This document shows positions 63,433-64,000 of a stretch of DNA of 64,000 bases, piece after piece (position 1 is the stretch's first letter; every line of letters begins with the position of its first letter). Location: positions 1,094,756 to 1,158,755 of the forward strand of contig CAVVHT010000009.1 in NCBI GenBank assembly GCA_963748235.1. The letters run 5' to 3'. The notes beneath the pieces were generated by a model. That model was not told the origin of the DNA and made no database searches. It was given only the letters and a program-made list of their open reading frames with translations. Made by a program: the position numbers and the translations under genes. Origin of the DNA: an uncultured Chloroflexia bacterium (GTDB lineage: Bacteria; Chloroflexota; Limnocylindria; Limnocylindrales; CSP1-4).

Positions 63433-63951
63433 TCAAACGGCAACCAATGCACCCTTGAGTTCACGGGCGATGCCGCGCGCCCAGCTCTCGATCGCCGGCC
63501 AGTCGCGGTAATCGCCTTCTGGGATGAATCGGTTGAATGCGCGCCCGAACAGCCCACCCTTGGCGTCGGCGGTCTCTCGGTCGAACGCCCCGCCGAACAC
63601 GACGTGGTCGCGCGGCTCGAACAGGCGTTGGAACTTCTCGATCTCCTTGGGATCGGGCTGTGGCTGGCTGACTGCCTTGTCTCCGATCGGTCCGCTGCTG
63701 AACAGCCAGACCGGTCGTTGTGCGAGTGCGGCCGCGTGGAGCTCGACGAACTCCTTTGCCGGCTTCAGCCAGTGACCGGCATGAATGGCGCTGCCGATGA
63801 CATAGCCGTCAAAGGACGTAACAGGGCTGGTCAGCTCCTCAACCGATCGAAGCTCCACGTCGACGCCTTCGTGTACGAGGGTGTCCGCTATCCGCTCGGC
63901 AATTCCCTGGGTCGACCCGAGCTGGCTGGCGTAGGTGACCAGAACATGCAT
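63433..63951 (-). CDS. Flavodoxin-domain protein (HemG/Flavodoxin_5-like)
   Basis: MHVLVTYASQLGSTQGIAERIA (FMN phosphate-binding loop), 172 aa. Confidence 0.75.
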   Translation of the reverse strand: MHVLVTYASQLGSTQGIAERIADTLVHEGVDVELRSVEELTSPVTSFDGYVIGSAIHAGHWLKPAKEFVELHAAALAQRPVWLFSSGPIGDKAVSQPQPDPKEIEKFQRLFEPRDHVVFGGAFDRETADAKGGLFGRAFNRFIPEGDYRDWPAIESWARGIARELKGALVAV

Positions 63952-64000
63952 CGCAACATTCCTTCCTGCAGATTCGGGGGGGGTTGGGCGGGTCAGGCTC

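Noticed and set aside
1-64000. Long antisense ORFs in the supplied track, for example 9754..10770, 11510..12847, 25083..26453, 27690..29762, 35280..36737, 57907..59685 and 3388..4137.
   Set aside because: Each lies opposite a gene with clear family motifs. Their translations are dominated by Arg/Ala/Gly/Pro runs typical of shadow frames in G+C-rich DNA, where stop codons are rare. None shows a recognisable motif.
1-64000. CRISPR arrays, transposases/IS elements, integrases, prophage or toxin-antitoxin modules, and rRNA/tRNA genes.
   Set aside because: A visual scan of both strands and of the ORF track found no spaced direct-repeat arrays, no DDE/tyrosine/serine recombinase-like ORFs and no RNA gene signatures. 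The only tandem repeats are the two coding micro-repeats reported.

Overview
High-GC, gene-dense chromosomal segment (G+C not computed) with strong GGAGG-type ribosome-binding sites and many 4-nt start/stop overlaps. I found no rRNA, tRNA, CRISPR array, transposase, integrase or phage gene.

Gene content, left to right:
- 24-7611: GlcNAc/chito-oligosaccharide-type uptake and catabolism operon (ROK kinase, lipoprotein SBP, two permeases, GH3, SIS isomerase/deaminase).
- 7987-12853: tandem array of three M14 carboxypeptidase paralogues, one inactivated.
- 13-35 kb: loose collection of cell-envelope and proteolysis genes (GH25 lysozyme, NlpC/P60, FemAB-like, PepN, HtrA-like, S41) plus housekeeping genes (msrA, DEAD-box helicase, GH15, adenosine deaminase, P-type ATPase).
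- 36789-39724: tightly coupled four-gene operon of unknown function (ParB/Srx-fold protein, metallophosphoesterase, ArsA/Get3-HSP20 ATPase, small coiled-coil protein).
- 47.6-64 kb: redox/hypoxia-style island with USP, two-domain multicopper oxidase, GAF histidine kinase + NarL regulator, Rrf2(Fe-S)-GNAT fusion regulator divergent from a NirK carrying a C-terminal amicyanin-like domain, a CoA-transferase, and a group 3b [NiFe]-hydrogenase operon with unusual accessory cistrons.

Nine well-recognisable genes are broken by frame disruptions. This is either a consensus-quality problem or real decay.

Functional calls rest on motifs I read in the translations and on remembered family signatures. 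No database search was run. Most long antisense ORFs in the supplied track are GC-rich shadow ORFs and are not reported.
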